Of a stretch of DNA of 64,000 bases, positions 48,580 through 59,412 are shown piece by piece (within the stretch, counting starts at the first letter, position 1; each line of letters opens with the position of its first letter). The notes beneath the pieces are model-generated. The model worked only from the letters and a program-made list of their open reading frames with translations. It searched no databases and was not told the origin of the DNA. The stretch is from Candidatus Uhrbacteria bacterium (GTDB taxonomy: Bacteria > Patescibacteriota > Patescibacteriia > UBA9934 > GWF2-40-263), in NCBI GenBank assembly GCA_016844925.1, contig JAERTI010000043.1:133110-197109 (forward strand). The letters are read 5' to 3'. The translations under genes and the position numbers were made by a program.

Positions 48580-48733
48580 AGTGATTTGATTGTACCAAAT
48601 TTTCCTATTATTACTTGACGAAGCCACTTTTATCCCGTACATTCGCCCTGTCAAGCTGTAGCACCCTTACAAGTTCCAAACGCTGAAGATGGAGGTGTGA
48701 ATCGAGTAAACCCAAACCGTGAAGGAGCCCGAG

Positions 48734-49615
48734 ATGGGTATGATCCTCCCCTGGCGAGATGTTCGCCTGGACCGAGTTCCTTCGGTCCAAGACTTCGAAG
48801 ACACAGCAACTGAGATCCTCGAGATCGTCGGTGCCAACAGTCGCGTGTTCAAGGGGGCCGCGTTCAGCGGTTCTGTCGCACGTGGCGACCTCTCTCCTCG
48901 AAGCGACTTGGACCTGACCCTTGTAGGGTATGACGGTTCGTACACGCTCGCCAAGAGCTTGGCTCGAGACTTCGATGCACTGGCTGCTCGCCGGGGCATC
49001 CCGCTCGACTACCATCTCTGGCCAGCCTCTCTTGCCCGGCTTGGGCGCCATGGGTATGGCCCCTCCTATCTGGAGACCTTCCCGCGGCACCCCGACGCTT
49101 ACGCTGTCGGCCGTCCTCTTGCTGAATGCTTCCGGGTTCGTCCGGGTTGCATCGACAAGGAGATGCGCACCAAGATGACACACAAGCTTCGCTCGACGAG
49201 GACGCGCGCCTGGATCTTCGAGACCAGGCATGCAAGCGACCTCGACATGGTGGAGCAGTGGCTGGTGGGATCTTGGTCTCGTGTGGTTCGCCCCATGCGT
49301 GTTCACGTGACTCTCGGTCGCCGACTCCTCTGGTGGCATCACGCTGCTCTCCCTCACGATGGGAAGGCTGATGTGATCGATCAGTTCCTGCGGGAACGCG
49401 CGTTCGAGCCATTCCACGAGAGGTACTCGACCCTTTGCGACTTGGATCGGGACTACGACAGACTCCTTGTTCGCGCGTGCGCAGGCAAGGAACGGCGAAG
49501 CCGCTACCTGAAGAAGGTGAAGGACATGCTCCTGAGAAACTTCCGGGTCAGTCTGGGGCTTCTTTCTGAGGTGTCGCGCTTCATGCGCGAAGAGCCGCTC
49601 GGACAAGCGGCTTGA
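48734..49615 (+). CDS. Pol-beta-superfamily nucleotidyltransferase-domain protein
   Basis: SGSVARGD....SDLDL; AAGGAG SD; own promoter and terminator. Confidence 0.7.
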   Translation: MGMILPWRDVRLDRVPSVQDFEDTATEILEIVGANSRVFKGAAFSGSVARGDLSPRSDLDLTLVGYDGSYTLAKSLARDFDALAARRGIPLDYHLWPASLARLGRHGYGPSYLETFPRHPDAYAVGRPLAECFRVRPGCIDKEMRTKMTHKLRSTRTRAWIFETRHASDLDMVEQWLVGSWSRVVRPMRVHVTLGRRLLWWHHAALPHDGKADVIDQFLRERAFEPFHERYSTLCDLDRDYDRLLVRACAGKERRSRYLKKVKDMLLRNFRVSLGLLSEVSRFMREEPLGQAA

Positions 49616-49686
49616 TACCTCTGCTCCGTCTACGACGGGGCTTTTTTGTTGAGATTTTTTGCTTTAACTGTTAGCCTTACGGCGAT

Positions 49687-50691
49687 ATGCGAATCTTAGG
49701 AATTGAAACAAGTTGTGATGAAACGTCCGTGGCTATTGTGTCTGAACAGGACGGACAGTTTGTCATGGAAAAAAATGAACTCGCTAGCCAGGTGAAGATT
49801 CATGCGCAGTATGGTGGGGTTGTTCCGGAGGTGGCAGCGCGTGAGCATGCGTCGATCGTCTTTGCGCTTATGGAGCAGGGGCAGATTCCTCATGATGGGG
49901 AGGGGATTGATGCAGTGGCTGTGACGGCGGGACCTGGACTGGTGCCTGCGCTTCGGATCGGTGTCGAGCTGGGGAAATCTCTAGCTTGGGCATGGAAGAA
50001 GCCACTCGTCGCGGTGAATCATTTGGAAGGGCACATCTACTCGGTTTGGTTCGAGCAGCTCGCTCCGTTATTCCCAGCGGTCTGTCTTCTCGTGTCAGGT
50101 GGTCATACTGAACTTATTGTGATGCGTGGTCATGGGCAGTATGAACTTTTGGGTATGACACGTGATGACGCAGCGGGGGAGGCTTTCGATAAAGTGGCTA
50201 AGCTCCTGGGACTTCCGTATCCAGGTGGACCGGAGATTTCACGCGCAGCCCTTAAGGGGAATCCTGCAGCCATCGATTTTCCTCGGCCTATGATGCATTC
50301 AGGAGATTATGACTTTTCATTCTCTGGTTTGAAGACAGCGGTGCGCGTGCGTCGAGCTGAGCATCCAGACGATACGGTTGAGGATGTGGCAGCTTCGTTC
50401 CAGCAGGCAGCGATCGATACGTTAGTTGCCAAGACCATGAAGGCTGTTCACCAGGTGCAACCTGCGTCCGTGATTCTTTCAGGTGGAGTGAGTGCGAATC
50501 GATTATTACGAGAGACACTGCACGGTCAGCTCACAGACAAGGCTCCTGAGGTGAGCTTCCATGCGCCGCAACTTTCACTGACAGGCGATAACGCTGCCAT
50601 GATTGCGTTGGCTGGCCTCATGAAGGCCAAACGTGGCGAGTTCGTCGATCCACTGACACTCGTCGCGGATCCTAATATGCGACTTGCGTAG
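49687..50691 (+). CDS. tsaD: tRNA t6A synthase subunit TsaD
   Basis: ILGIETSCDET, GGVVPEVAAREH, NHLEGH, SGGHT, DDAAGEAFDK, DNAAMI. Confidence 0.97.
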   Translation: MRILGIETSCDETSVAIVSEQDGQFVMEKNELASQVKIHAQYGGVVPEVAAREHASIVFALMEQGQIPHDGEGIDAVAVTAGPGLVPALRIGVELGKSLAWAWKKPLVAVNHLEGHIYSVWFEQLAPLFPAVCLLVSGGHTELIVMRGHGQYELLGMTRDDAAGEAFDKVAKLLGLPYPGGPEISRAALKGNPAAIDFPRPMMHSGDYDFSFSGLKTAVRVRRAEHPDDTVEDVAASFQQAAIDTLVAKTMKAVHQVQPASVILSGGVSANRLLRETLHGQLTDKAPEVSFHAPQLSLTGDNAAMIALAGLMKAKRGEFVDPLTLVADPNMRLA

Positions 50692-50695
50692 CTTT

Positions 50696-51115
50696 ATGAC
50701 ACACACAACACATTCAGAAGAAGAGACCCAGGCGATTGCGGCAGAGCTCGCTACGACCCTTAAGGGGGGTGAGGTGGTGTATCTGCAGGGGGATTTGGGA
50801 GCAGGGAAGACGACGTTTGTCAGAGGAGTGGCTCGCGCGCTGGGGTTCACTGAGCCGGTTCGCAGCCCAACGTTCACAATCATGAATCGGTATCCAGTTG
50901 ACCATCCAACCATCAAACAGATACTCCACGTTGATTTGTATCGCATTGAAGATACGTCAGAGCTCATCCCCTTGGCGCTCGAAGAAGAACTAGGTCGACC
51001 CAAAACAGTTGCGTTTATCGAATGGCCGGAGCGGGGTGGGGACCAGCTTCAAGATCCAGATAAGACGATTATCTTTCAGGTCGACGGCGATACTCACACA
51101 ATCGAGATAAACTAA
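50696..51115 (+). CDS. tsaE: tRNA t6A ATPase TsaE
   Basis: GDLGAGKTTF, SPTF, HVDLYR, IEW. Confidence 0.95.
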   Translation: MTHTTHSEEETQAIAAELATTLKGGEVVYLQGDLGAGKTTFVRGVARALGFTEPVRSPTFTIMNRYPVDHPTIKQILHVDLYRIEDTSELIPLALEEELGRPKTVAFIEWPERGGDQLQDPDKTIIFQVDGDTHTIEIN

Positions 51116-51141
51116 AACAGACCCCTGTGGGTCTGTTTTTT

Positions 51142-52875
51142 TTATTCTCCTGCTACGCGCGTAATTTCTTCTATGGTTGTGAGGCCGTCGAGAACCTTGA
51201 GCACACCATCTTGTTGCATGGTGGTCATACCTTGCTGCTTTGCCAGCTCTCGTACCTCGTATTCGGAGATCTTTTCTGAGAGAGCTGCTTTGATTTCGTC
51301 ACTCATTGTCAGAATCTCGTAGATACCGAGACGGCCCTTGTAGCCGGTGTGGTTGCACTTCTCACACCCGGCACCTTTGTAGAACTTCCATTCAGATTCT
51401 GGGGCAACGGTTTCTCCTGAGGCTTCTGGGATAGCAGCGGTGACTTTTTTTACAAAGGCCAGCTGCTCCTCATCGATCTGCGTTTCTTGTTTGCAGTCTT
51501 GGTGAATGCGCCGAGCAAGTCGCTGTCCGATAATCGCATTCAGGGCTGGGGCAAGAAGGAACGGCTTTACTCCCATGGAGATGAAGCGAGGGATGGCACC
51601 AGCGGCATCGTTGGTGTGAAGCGTGGAGAGCATCATGTGACCTGTGAGCGAGGCGTTGATGGCAACCTCGGCCGTTTCCAAGTCGCGGATCTCACCGACC
51701 ATCACAATGTCTGGGTCCTGACGCAAGATCGATCGGAGTCCACCCGCGAAGGTATATTTCTTTGATTGGTCGATTTGCGACTGGTTGATGCCTTCGAGTT
51801 TGTATTCAATTGGATCCTCAAGGGTAATGATCTTAACGTCTTCCGTATTGAGTTTACGCAAGATGGCGTACAGCGTCGTGGTTTTACCGGACCCTGTAGG
51901 ACCAGTGGTGATCACCATGCCATGGGGTTTCTCGATTTCTTTGCGGAGTTTCTTTTCTGCCAACGGTCGGTAGCCAAGCTGGGCAAATTCAACGTTGATG
52001 GCGCTCGGTTTGAGCAGACGCATGACCACGGATTCACCCCAGGTCGTCGGGATGGTGGAAACACGAACATCGGTATCGCCTTCTTTAAGGAAGATGGTGA
52101 AACGGCCGTCCTGTGGTCGGTCTGTGACGTTGATCTTCAGTCCTGAGATCAGCTTGATGCGCGCGACGATTTTTTTCCAGAATTCGTGCGGAAGCTTGGC
52201 GACCTCTTCGAGCACACCATCAACGCGGAAGCGCACGGCGATCTTTTCCTCTTCTGCCTCAATATGAACGTCACTGGTATTAAACTGAAGCGCCGCTGCC
52301 ATGACGATGGTAATGATGTCTGTGACCGATGCATCATCCATGACCTTTTGTACATCTGAGTATTGCTTGAGTTGTGTTTTGAACTGTTCCAGCTCATCGT
52401 CTGACACCTTCACACCCTTCACGACCGTCTTAAGTTTCGGGAGCGTCTCATAAGCCTTAAGGGCCACACGCAAACTCTCTTCTGAGATTTTGTAGATGCC
52501 GCCATTGGCCTTATGCCTTTCTTGAAGTTCAAAGAGTAGATCTTTCACTTCTTGTTTCTCAGGTTGCGTTGAGGCGAGGCGGATCTCAGGTCCGGTGTAG
52601 AGAAAACAAACAACACTCAATTGTGTTGCACGTTGCTCAGGAAGTAAGCGAAGAGCTTCTGGGGAGATAGGGAACCCCTTGAGGTTCACGTACTTTAATC
52701 CAGACTGTGCGGCGAGTGTTTCGGCCTCTACTTCTTTTTCCTTCAGGCGCACGCTGGCCATCTTTTCTTCGAACTTTTCTACCACCGTACGTTCACCAGA
52801 TACTTTCGGTCGCGAAGCTGTATCGGCACCGGTGTACTTGAGGAGGTCTTCTATACTTTGGATGTCATTGCCCAT
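51142..52875 (-). CDS. GspE/PulE/PilB family pilus assembly ATPase
   Basis: SDVHIE, PQDGR, GPTGSGKTT, TLEDPIE, LRQDPD..GEIRD, STLHTN. Confidence 0.93.
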   Translation of the reverse strand: MGNDIQSIEDLLKYTGADTASRPKVSGERTVVEKFEEKMASVRLKEKEVEAETLAAQSGLKYVNLKGFPISPEALRLLPEQRATQLSVVCFLYTGPEIRLASTQPEKQEVKDLLFELQERHKANGGIYKISEESLRVALKAYETLPKLKTVVKGVKVSDDELEQFKTQLKQYSDVQKVMDDASVTDIITIVMAAALQFNTSDVHIEAEEEKIAVRFRVDGVLEEVAKLPHEFWKKIVARIKLISGLKINVTDRPQDGRFTIFLKEGDTDVRVSTIPTTWGESVVMRLLKPSAINVEFAQLGYRPLAEKKLRKEIEKPHGMVITTGPTGSGKTTTLYAILRKLNTEDVKIITLEDPIEYKLEGINQSQIDQSKKYTFAGGLRSILRQDPDIVMVGEIRDLETAEVAINASLTGHMMLSTLHTNDAAGAIPRFISMGVKPFLLAPALNAIIGQRLARRIHQDCKQETQIDEEQLAFVKKVTAAIPEASGETVAPESEWKFYKGAGCEKCNHTGYKGRLGIYEILTMSDEIKAALSEKISEYEVRELAKQQGMTTMQQDGVLKVLDGLTTIEEITRVAGE

Positions 52876-52930
52876 ATCAAAAACTAGGAGGATTCCCTCC
52901 TAGTTTACTTCCTTTTTCTTTCCGGTGCCA

Positions 52931-53920
52931 CTACCTTCCGTGGACAAGACGGTGGAGCTTCGAGAACAGCTTTTTCCCGTGGGTTTTATGCACGCCACGC
53001 TTGAAAAAGAGGTACCAGGCTGCATATTGATACGTGACACTTGCTCCACCAAAGGCCATGAACAATGCCACGAGCGCGAGGGCAAAGATGGTGTTTACCG
53101 TTAAGAAGACGGAAAGTGAACCCGTGAGCAGTGTGGCTGTGAAGATGATGGCGTACGGAACGGCGAAAAGCACGATAAGTGCGGTGAGCAAGAGTCCTGC
53201 GGCAAAGACCAAGAAGAACAGCATGACGCCGTACTCGAACGCAGCAACCCACTGTCTTGCAAAGAGCTGTGCACCGAGGATGATGGAATCAATGAACGTC
53301 TTCTTTCGCAGAACCAGTTCCATCAGGGCAAACATGTAAATGGTATTGATGACGATGACGGCAGGGATGAATACGAGCATCAGCCCAAAGAAGAGAATGG
53401 CACTGTAAGCGGACGTAGAGAGATAGAACAGAAGTAGGGGTAGTGTCATCAGAACGATCAACAGAGACGTCAGGATTTTGTTAAGGAGCCCCAGGCCCAA
53501 GAGGGGCCAGAAATGTTCGCGTGCCTCACGTTTGAGTTCGTGCGAGTCTGGTGTGTGCTTTTTTTTCAGTCCAAGCAGGAGGGCTGCCTGAGAGATGGTT
53601 GCCATGACGATCAGGAGCGTGGCTGTAGCGGAAGCAAAGATGATAATGGCCCCTGTGCGATCTGGGCCAAGCACTTGAAGCTGAGTCATGTACTGAGCCG
53701 CCACATCGTAGCCGATGAATGTGCTATCCATGAGCTGTTCAAGGAAAGACCCACTTGCCTTTACTTTCTTTACTGAGGCGAGGCCGACATCAACCACACC
53801 GCCGGTTGAGAGTAGTGCGGCGAAGATACCAAAAATCCACAGGCCACGTCGCGTCCAGGTGAGGTTCCAGGCCTCACGAAAAAACGGACGGTATAGGGCT
53901 GTGGATTTTTTTGTTGCCAT
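52931..53920 (-). CDS. Multi-pass membrane protein
   Basis: About 6 TM helices; LWIFGIFAAL N-terminal motif. Confidence 0.8.
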   Translation of the reverse strand: MATKKSTALYRPFFREAWNLTWTRRGLWIFGIFAALLSTGGVVDVGLASVKKVKASGSFLEQLMDSTFIGYDVAAQYMTQLQVLGPDRTGAIIIFASATATLLIVMATISQAALLLGLKKKHTPDSHELKREAREHFWPLLGLGLLNKILTSLLIVLMTLPLLLFYLSTSAYSAILFFGLMLVFIPAVIVINTIYMFALMELVLRKKTFIDSIILGAQLFARQWVAAFEYGVMLFFLVFAAGLLLTALIVLFAVPYAIIFTATLLTGSLSVFLTVNTIFALALVALFMAFGGASVTYQYAAWYLFFKRGVHKTHGKKLFSKLHRLVHGR

Positions 53921-53937
53921 ATCCTCCTATGGAAAGT

Positions 53938-55758
53938 TTACTTGGCGGCTGGTGAGAACAGAGCCTCAAAGGCTTCTTTCTCGATGGTCTCCTTTTCAAG
54001 GAGTTCTTTTGCGATGCGATCCAGCTGCGCTTTTTCTTTCCGCATTATATCACGGGCAGTCTCCATGGCGCCACGTACGAGCTTGTCGACTTCGGCATCA
54101 ATCGCCTCAGCCGTCTTCTCTGAGTAGTTGCGTTGCTCATGGATTTCTTTCCCGAGGAAGACCATTTCTTGGCTCTCACCGAAGACGCGTGGGCCGAGCG
54201 CTTCGCTCATGCCGTAGCGTGTGACGAGCTCGCGTGCTAGGCGCGTGCATTTGCGTAGGTCGTCGCTGGCACCAGTGGTGACATCACCAAAGGTTTCTTT
54301 CTCAGCAACGAATCCTCCGAGCATGACAGCCATATCATCGATGAACTCTGCACGTTTGTGGAGACGTCGATCTTCAGATGGAAGCTTGAGGGTGTATCCT
54401 CCAGCGCTTCCACGAGAGATGATCGAGACTTTGTGAACAGGGTCTGAGTTTGGAAGCAGGTGAGCCACGATGGCGTGACCTGCCTCGTGATAGGCCGTGA
54501 CCTTTTTCTCTTCTTTGCTCATGACAAAGCTCTTTCGTTCTGGTCCAAGAAGGACTTTCTCAATGGAATCCAGGACGTCTTCTTGGGTGATTTTTTTGTC
54601 ATCACGTCGTGCGGCGCGGATGGCAGACTCGTTCAACAGGTTCATGAGGTCTGCACCGGAGAATCCAGGTGTGCGCTCAGCAACACGACGAAGTTTCACG
54701 TCCTCAGCAAGTGGCTTGTTCTTGGCGTGAATCGTGAGGATGGCCTCACGGTCGTTGATATCTGGGAGGTCGATCATGACACGGCGGTCAAAACGACCGG
54801 GACGCAGCAAGGCTGGGTCCAGGACGTCTGGGCGGTTGGTTGCCGCCACAACGATGACACCAATGTTTGGATCAAAGCCGTCCATTTCAACGAGGATTTG
54901 GTTCAGGGTTTGCTCACGCTCGTCATGACTTCCTCCCATACCCGTACCACGCTGTCGTCCCACGGCGTCGATTTCATCAATAAAGATGATGCACGGAGCC
55001 GCTTTCTTGGCGCGGTTAAAGAGGTCACGGACACGGCTAGCACCGACTCCCACGAACATTTCCACAAACTCAGATCCGCTGAGGTGGAAGAAGGGGACAC
55101 CGGCCTCACCAGCGATGGCACGTGCCAAGAGGGTCTTTCCTGTTCCTGGACGTCCCATCAAGAGCGCGCCTTTTGGAAGGTTGGCTCCCAGGTCGGAGAA
55201 TTTCTTTGGGTGCTTGAGGAACTCAACAAGTTCCTGCAATTCTTCCTTTGCTTCTTTGGCACCTGCCACGTCTTCAAAGGTCACTTTCTGCTTCGTGTCC
55301 TTCATCTCTCGGGCATTACTCATACCAAACGAGAGTGCCTTGTTGTTGGCTCCGCCCATCTGCTTGATCATGAACCAGAAGATGGCCATGAGGAGTAGGA
55401 GGGGGAGAAGTGATGGCAGGATGACTCCCAGGATGTAGGAGCGTGTGGAGCGGTCTTTGACAGTGATGTCGGCAGCCTTTAGCTCCTCGGCGGTAATGCC
55501 GTAGTCGATCAGAGTTTCAGAGAGAGAAACGGCAGACTCCTTTCGGGTGGTCTGTTCCGTATCGTCTTGCAACAGGATCGTGATTTCAGCCCCTTCTATT
55601 TCAATGCTTTTGACAGCACCCTCTTGGATCTCGCTGACCAAGGTGGCCATGGAGATGTCTTCAGGTGCCTCGCTGCTCAGGTTGACCCCCGAGAAGATGG
55701 CGGAGATCACCAGCACGGCAACGAGGGCAATGATGATGTTTTTTGAAAGTGGCTTCAT
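53938..55758 (-). CDS. ftsH: ATP-dependent zinc metalloprotease FtsH
   Basis: 2 TM; [29 protein letters not shown]. Confidence 0.97.
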   Translation of the reverse strand: MKPLSKNIIIALVAVLVISAIFSGVNLSSEAPEDISMATLVSEIQEGAVKSIEIEGAEITILLQDDTEQTTRKESAVSLSETLIDYGITAEELKAADITVKDRSTRSYILGVILPSLLPLLLLMAIFWFMIKQMGGANNKALSFGMSNAREMKDTKQKVTFEDVAGAKEAKEELQELVEFLKHPKKFSDLGANLPKGALLMGRPGTGKTLLARAIAGEAGVPFFHLSGSEFVEMFVGVGASRVRDLFNRAKKAAPCIIFIDEIDAVGRQRGTGMGGSHDEREQTLNQILVEMDGFDPNIGVIVVAATNRPDVLDPALLRPGRFDRRVMIDLPDINDREAILTIHAKNKPLAEDVKLRRVAERTPGFSGADLMNLLNESAIRAARRDDKKITQEDVLDSIEKVLLGPERKSFVMSKEEKKVTAYHEAGHAIVAHLLPNSDPVHKVSIISRGSAGGYTLKLPSEDRRLHKRAEFIDDMAVMLGGFVAEKETFGDVTTGASDDLRKCTRLARELVTRYGMSEALGPRVFGESQEMVFLGKEIHEQRNYSEKTAEAIDAEVDKLVRGAMETARDIMRKEKAQLDRIAKELLEKETIEKEAFEALFSPAAK

Positions 55759-55766
55759 AGGCGTTA

Positions 55767-57026
55767 TTACGCTGTTGGTTGTTCTTCAGTAGAGGTCTCC
55801 TCTGCAGGTGCTTCAGTCTCTTCCTTTGCAGGCTCTTCAGCTGGAGCTTCTTCTGTCGCTGGAGTTTCTGTCTCTTCTGCGGCAGGTGCTTCAGCTTCAG
55901 CCTCAGTTGTTTCTTCCTTCGCAGGTGCTTCAGCAGCTGTCTGTGTGCCTAATCCCTTAAGGGAGAGGCCGAGACGGTGGTCCTTTGGTTCGATGGAAAC
56001 GATCTTGAAGTCCATGACTTGTCCTTCCTTTCCGATCTGTCCGACATCCGTCACAGGACCATTGGCGAGCTCGCTTACGTGAGCGAGACCGTGGATTTCT
56101 GCGTCCAGTTCAACAAAGAAGCCGAATGGGTTCACCTTGAGGATGGTTCCCTTTACAACGTCGCCAACCTTGTAGCGCTCACCGACGTTGTCCCAAGGGT
56201 CTGTGATGAGTTTCTTCATGGAGAGGAAGATCTTGCTTCCCTCGATGCCGATCACGGAAGCCTTTACGGTCTCCCCGATTTTAAGTAGATCGCGTGGGTG
56301 GTCAATTCGTTGCCAAGCAATTTCACTGATGTGCACGAGACCCTCAAGAGAGTCGAACTTCACGAAGGCACCGAAGTCTGCGAGCGCAGTTACTTCTCCT
56401 TCAATAACGGATCCGACAGCATAAGAGGAGAGCACGTTCTTCTGCTTATCTTCCCAGATAGCTTTTTCTGAAACGATGAGTTTCTCGTCGTTCTCGTTTG
56501 CATCAAGAACACGAACGGTCATGGTCATGCCGATGTAGCTCTTGAGCTTCTCCAAGATCTTGGTCTTGTCGCCACCGCTTACGCGTGGGTAGTGGTCTGG
56601 AGAAAGCTGAGAGACAGGAAGGAACCCTGTGATGTGCTGGATGCGCACAATGAGTCCACCTTTGTTTGCCTCGATGATCTTTGTGTCGACAGCTTCGCCA
56701 GTGGTGAAGAGGCGTCGGATTTCTTCCCAGGCTTTGGCCTGACCAGCAAAACGGAAGGAGAGCTCGAGCTCACCGTTCTCGTTTTCAAGGTCCATGACGG
56801 TTGCCTCGATTTTTTCTCCCGGCTTAAGACCAGCGTACTCACTGGACTCAGCAAAGAGCTCGCGTCCGCGAACAACACCTGTGGCAATGCCACCAATGTC
56901 CAGACGGATTTCACGACGTCCTGAACCAATGACGGTTCCCTCAACGACGTCGCCGATCTGAGGAAGATTTAGGTAGTCTCCTTCTGCAAGGAGCTTTTCG
57001 AACTCGGAAGTGGTCTGTGTTGTCAT
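55767..57026 (-). CDS. rpsA: 30S ribosomal protein S1 (four S1 domains plus acidic tail)
   Basis: ANKGGL, GFLPVSQL, FGAFV..EGLVHISEI, GLAHVSEL. Confidence 0.9.
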   Translation of the reverse strand: MTTQTTSEFEKLLAEGDYLNLPQIGDVVEGTVIGSGRREIRLDIGGIATGVVRGRELFAESSEYAGLKPGEKIEATVMDLENENGELELSFRFAGQAKAWEEIRRLFTTGEAVDTKIIEANKGGLIVRIQHITGFLPVSQLSPDHYPRVSGGDKTKILEKLKSYIGMTMTVRVLDANENDEKLIVSEKAIWEDKQKNVLSSYAVGSVIEGEVTALADFGAFVKFDSLEGLVHISEIAWQRIDHPRDLLKIGETVKASVIGIEGSKIFLSMKKLITDPWDNVGERYKVGDVVKGTILKVNPFGFFVELDAEIHGLAHVSELANGPVTDVGQIGKEGQVMDFKIVSIEPKDHRLGLSLKGLGTQTAAEAPAKEETTEAEAEAPAAEETETPATEEAPAEEPAKEETEAPAEETSTEEQPTA

Positions 57027-57178
57027 ATGAAAAAAGGCCGGCAGACGGCCACTAGGCACATGCCCAGGGGGGTCCACGCGGGGTTAGGGTTAATTAACAA
57101 CGTCACGAGTGTAGCGGCAGAGGGGTTTTTCGTCAAGGTATTAAAGAAAAAACCGACCCGGGGTGGGTCGGGGTGTCG

Positions 57179-58405
57179 TCAGCCAGTTGCGGCTGCGCGA
57201 CGGAGCTTGCGACGGCCCGTGCGTCGGGCCGCGAGCGAGCTCAGCAGAGGGGGCGTGGCCATGGTGGTGATGAGCACCATGATCATGCAGGCACCGAACA
57301 TCTCCTGGCTCAAGATCCCGCTGGTCAGGCCGATGGTGGCGAAGATGATGCCGACCTCCCCACGCGGGGACATGCCGACACCGACCAGCAGCCGGTCCTT
57401 CTTGACCATCAGGCCACAGGCCAGCTTGCCAGCCATGGCGATGGCCGTCAGGATCATGCCGTCGATGAACACCTCCGTGTTCAGGAAGACGGCCGGGTTT
57501 ACGATGGCGCCCGCGTAGACGAAGAACACGGGGCCGAAGCCAGTGATCAGGTCGTCGACGAAGTGCTCCACCGGGTGAGAGGATTCGTTCTCGCGCTTGG
57601 GCTTGAAGTAGATTTCCTCCAGGGCAACGCCGGCGAAGTAGGCGCCGACGATGCCCGCCAGCCCCACCTTCAGCGCCGCGGCTCCGTACAGGATCATGGC
57701 CGAGAGCACGATGGCTTCACGAGCCTTCTCGTCCATCTTGGAGAGCAGGCCCACGATCTTGCCGGCATAGCGGTGCCCCAGCAGGGGAACCACGATGACG
57801 AACAGGACCGATCCACCCAGCTTGAGCGCGAGCTGGCTCATGGGGATGGCCTCGGTGGCGTTGAGGTTGGTGCAGAGCGTCAGGGCGAAGAGGGCCAGGA
57901 CGTCGTCGATCACCGCGGCGTTGATGATGATGCGAGAGAACTCCTCATCGATCACGCCCAGCTCTCCCAGGACCGCGGCGGTGATGCCCACAGACGTGGC
58001 CGAGAGGACACCTCCGAGGAACACGGCGACGGGCCAGGACAGTCCCTTGGCGAAGTAGGCGAAGACGAATCCGCCGATGATGGGCACGACCACGCCGACA
58101 ACAGCGACCTTCCAGCCGGTCTTGGCGTCTTCGAGCAGGCTGTGCAGGTTGGCCTCCAGGCCGACCTTGAACAGCAGGAGCATGGCAGCGATCTCAGCCA
58201 GTCCCGTGATGAGCGGGATGCCGTGCTCGCTGCGCAGCTCGTGCATGAGATGCGTCTGGGTGAACACGATGCCGATCAGCAGGCCAGCGATCAGGCCTCC
58301 GAGGACACGTGGCTGCTTCAGGAACTTGGCAAGGGATCCCAGCAGAGTGGCCAGCAGCATGGCCCCTCCGATCCACAGCAGGTGGTCAGCAAATTCTCCG
58401 TGCAC
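57179..58405 (-). CDS. Cation:proton antiporter (CPA2/NapA-like)
   Basis: KQPRVLG, VGLE, ATSVGIT, AAVIDD, PRGEV. Confidence 0.92.
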   Translation of the reverse strand: MHGEFADHLLWIGGAMLLATLLGSLAKFLKQPRVLGGLIAGLLIGIVFTQTHLMHELRSEHGIPLITGLAEIAAMLLLFKVGLEANLHSLLEDAKTGWKVAVVGVVVPIIGGFVFAYFAKGLSWPVAVFLGGVLSATSVGITAAVLGELGVIDEEFSRIIINAAVIDDVLALFALTLCTNLNATEAIPMSQLALKLGGSVLFVIVVPLLGHRYAGKIVGLLSKMDEKAREAIVLSAMILYGAAALKVGLAGIVGAYFAGVALEEIYFKPKRENESSHPVEHFVDDLITGFGPVFFVYAGAIVNPAVFLNTEVFIDGMILTAIAMAGKLACGLMVKKDRLLVGVGMSPRGEVGIIFATIGLTSGILSQEMFGACMIMVLITTMATPPLLSSLAARRTGRRKLRRAAATG

Positions 58406-58534
58406 GATGACTCCATTGTATGTGTGCGGTTACGAAGCACGGGCGAGAGACTAAACAATTTTACAAACAATAGCAAGGGATCTGTTTGTGGAAAAAAGAA
58501 AACGACCGCTGTCGTGGCGGTCGGGGATGGCGGT

Positions 58535-59275
58535 CTAAGCCGCGTGGGCGATCGGGTTGTCCTCAAGCAACTCGCGCTGCTGCCAGGTGGGGAGCGTGTT
58601 GAAGTGCTCGATCTCCTGCTGCGTGAGCGGGAGGTCCTGGCGCCAGCCAGTGTGCATGTGGACGTAGAACGCCGGGCGCTGGTACGTGCCGCCGTGGCAC
58701 GAGACGTCCTCCAGGATCGGCGTGGGGGCCGACACCGGGGTGAACCAGTAGAGCACCTTGCCGATCTTGCCGATCTGGCGGTGGTTCATCCAGCTCTCGA
58801 CGTTCACGCCGGGCGCGGGGTTCTGCCAGCGCGGGTACGACTTCTCGTCTCCGCGGCGCAGGATGCCGCGCTCGTCCACGAACAGGTCGTCGCGTCCGTA
58901 GTCGTAGTCGCGCCCCCACAGAGGCGTCGGCGGGTACGTCTTGGCGTCGCGGTCCACCTGGTCGCGGAGGTGCTCGTCGAGCAGGCGCGCTCCCAGGAGC
59001 GTGTCCTGGTTGAACAACCGGCACGCCTTGGCGTGCACCTGGTTCCAGGGCTGGTTCACGTGCGCGTGCATCCAGCGCTTGATGACGCCGGACCAGCCGT
59101 AGGTCCTGCGCCACTGCCTGGGCTCGCGGGCGATCTGGATCTCCTCGGGGTCCTGCATGCGCAGGGCCAAGCGAGTCCTCTGGCGCTCGCGGCGGTTCGC
59201 CCATCGGGCGTAGGCCTTGCGCCTCTTGGGAGCGCCGTCCTCGGTCAGGGTGCGCTTGAGCTTCTTGGTCGCCAT
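58535..59275 (-). CDS. Basic hypothetical protein
   Basis: G/C-ending codons, GGAG SD; VNQPWNQV and LFVDERGILR motifs. Confidence 0.7.
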   Translation of the reverse strand: MATKKLKRTLTEDGAPKRRKAYARWANRRERQRTRLALRMQDPEEIQIAREPRQWRRTYGWSGVIKRWMHAHVNQPWNQVHAKACRLFNQDTLLGARLLDEHLRDQVDRDAKTYPPTPLWGRDYDYGRDDLFVDERGILRRGDEKSYPRWQNPAPGVNVESWMNHRQIGKIGKVLYWFTPVSAPTPILEDVSCHGGTYQRPAFYVHMHTGWRQDLPLTQQEIEHFNTLPTWQQRELLEDNPIAHAA

Positions 59276-59412
59276 GTGTTCTCCGTTGGTTAGGTTATAC
59301 ACATGGAGCACCTCCTTTATCTGGTTGTGTTCGCGGGATGCAAACGACTGCAGAGAATAGGGAATTTTCCCCGAATTGTCAATCTATCTGCATGTCTGTA
59401 CCATTGGGCCAT

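Noticed and set aside
57173-59293. 706-aa + strand ORF and similar long antisense ORFs (20318..21754, 31860..32939, 34100..35239, 18462..19805)
   Set aside because: Shadow frames of GC3-rich genes on the opposite strand, whose own products carry clear family motifs.
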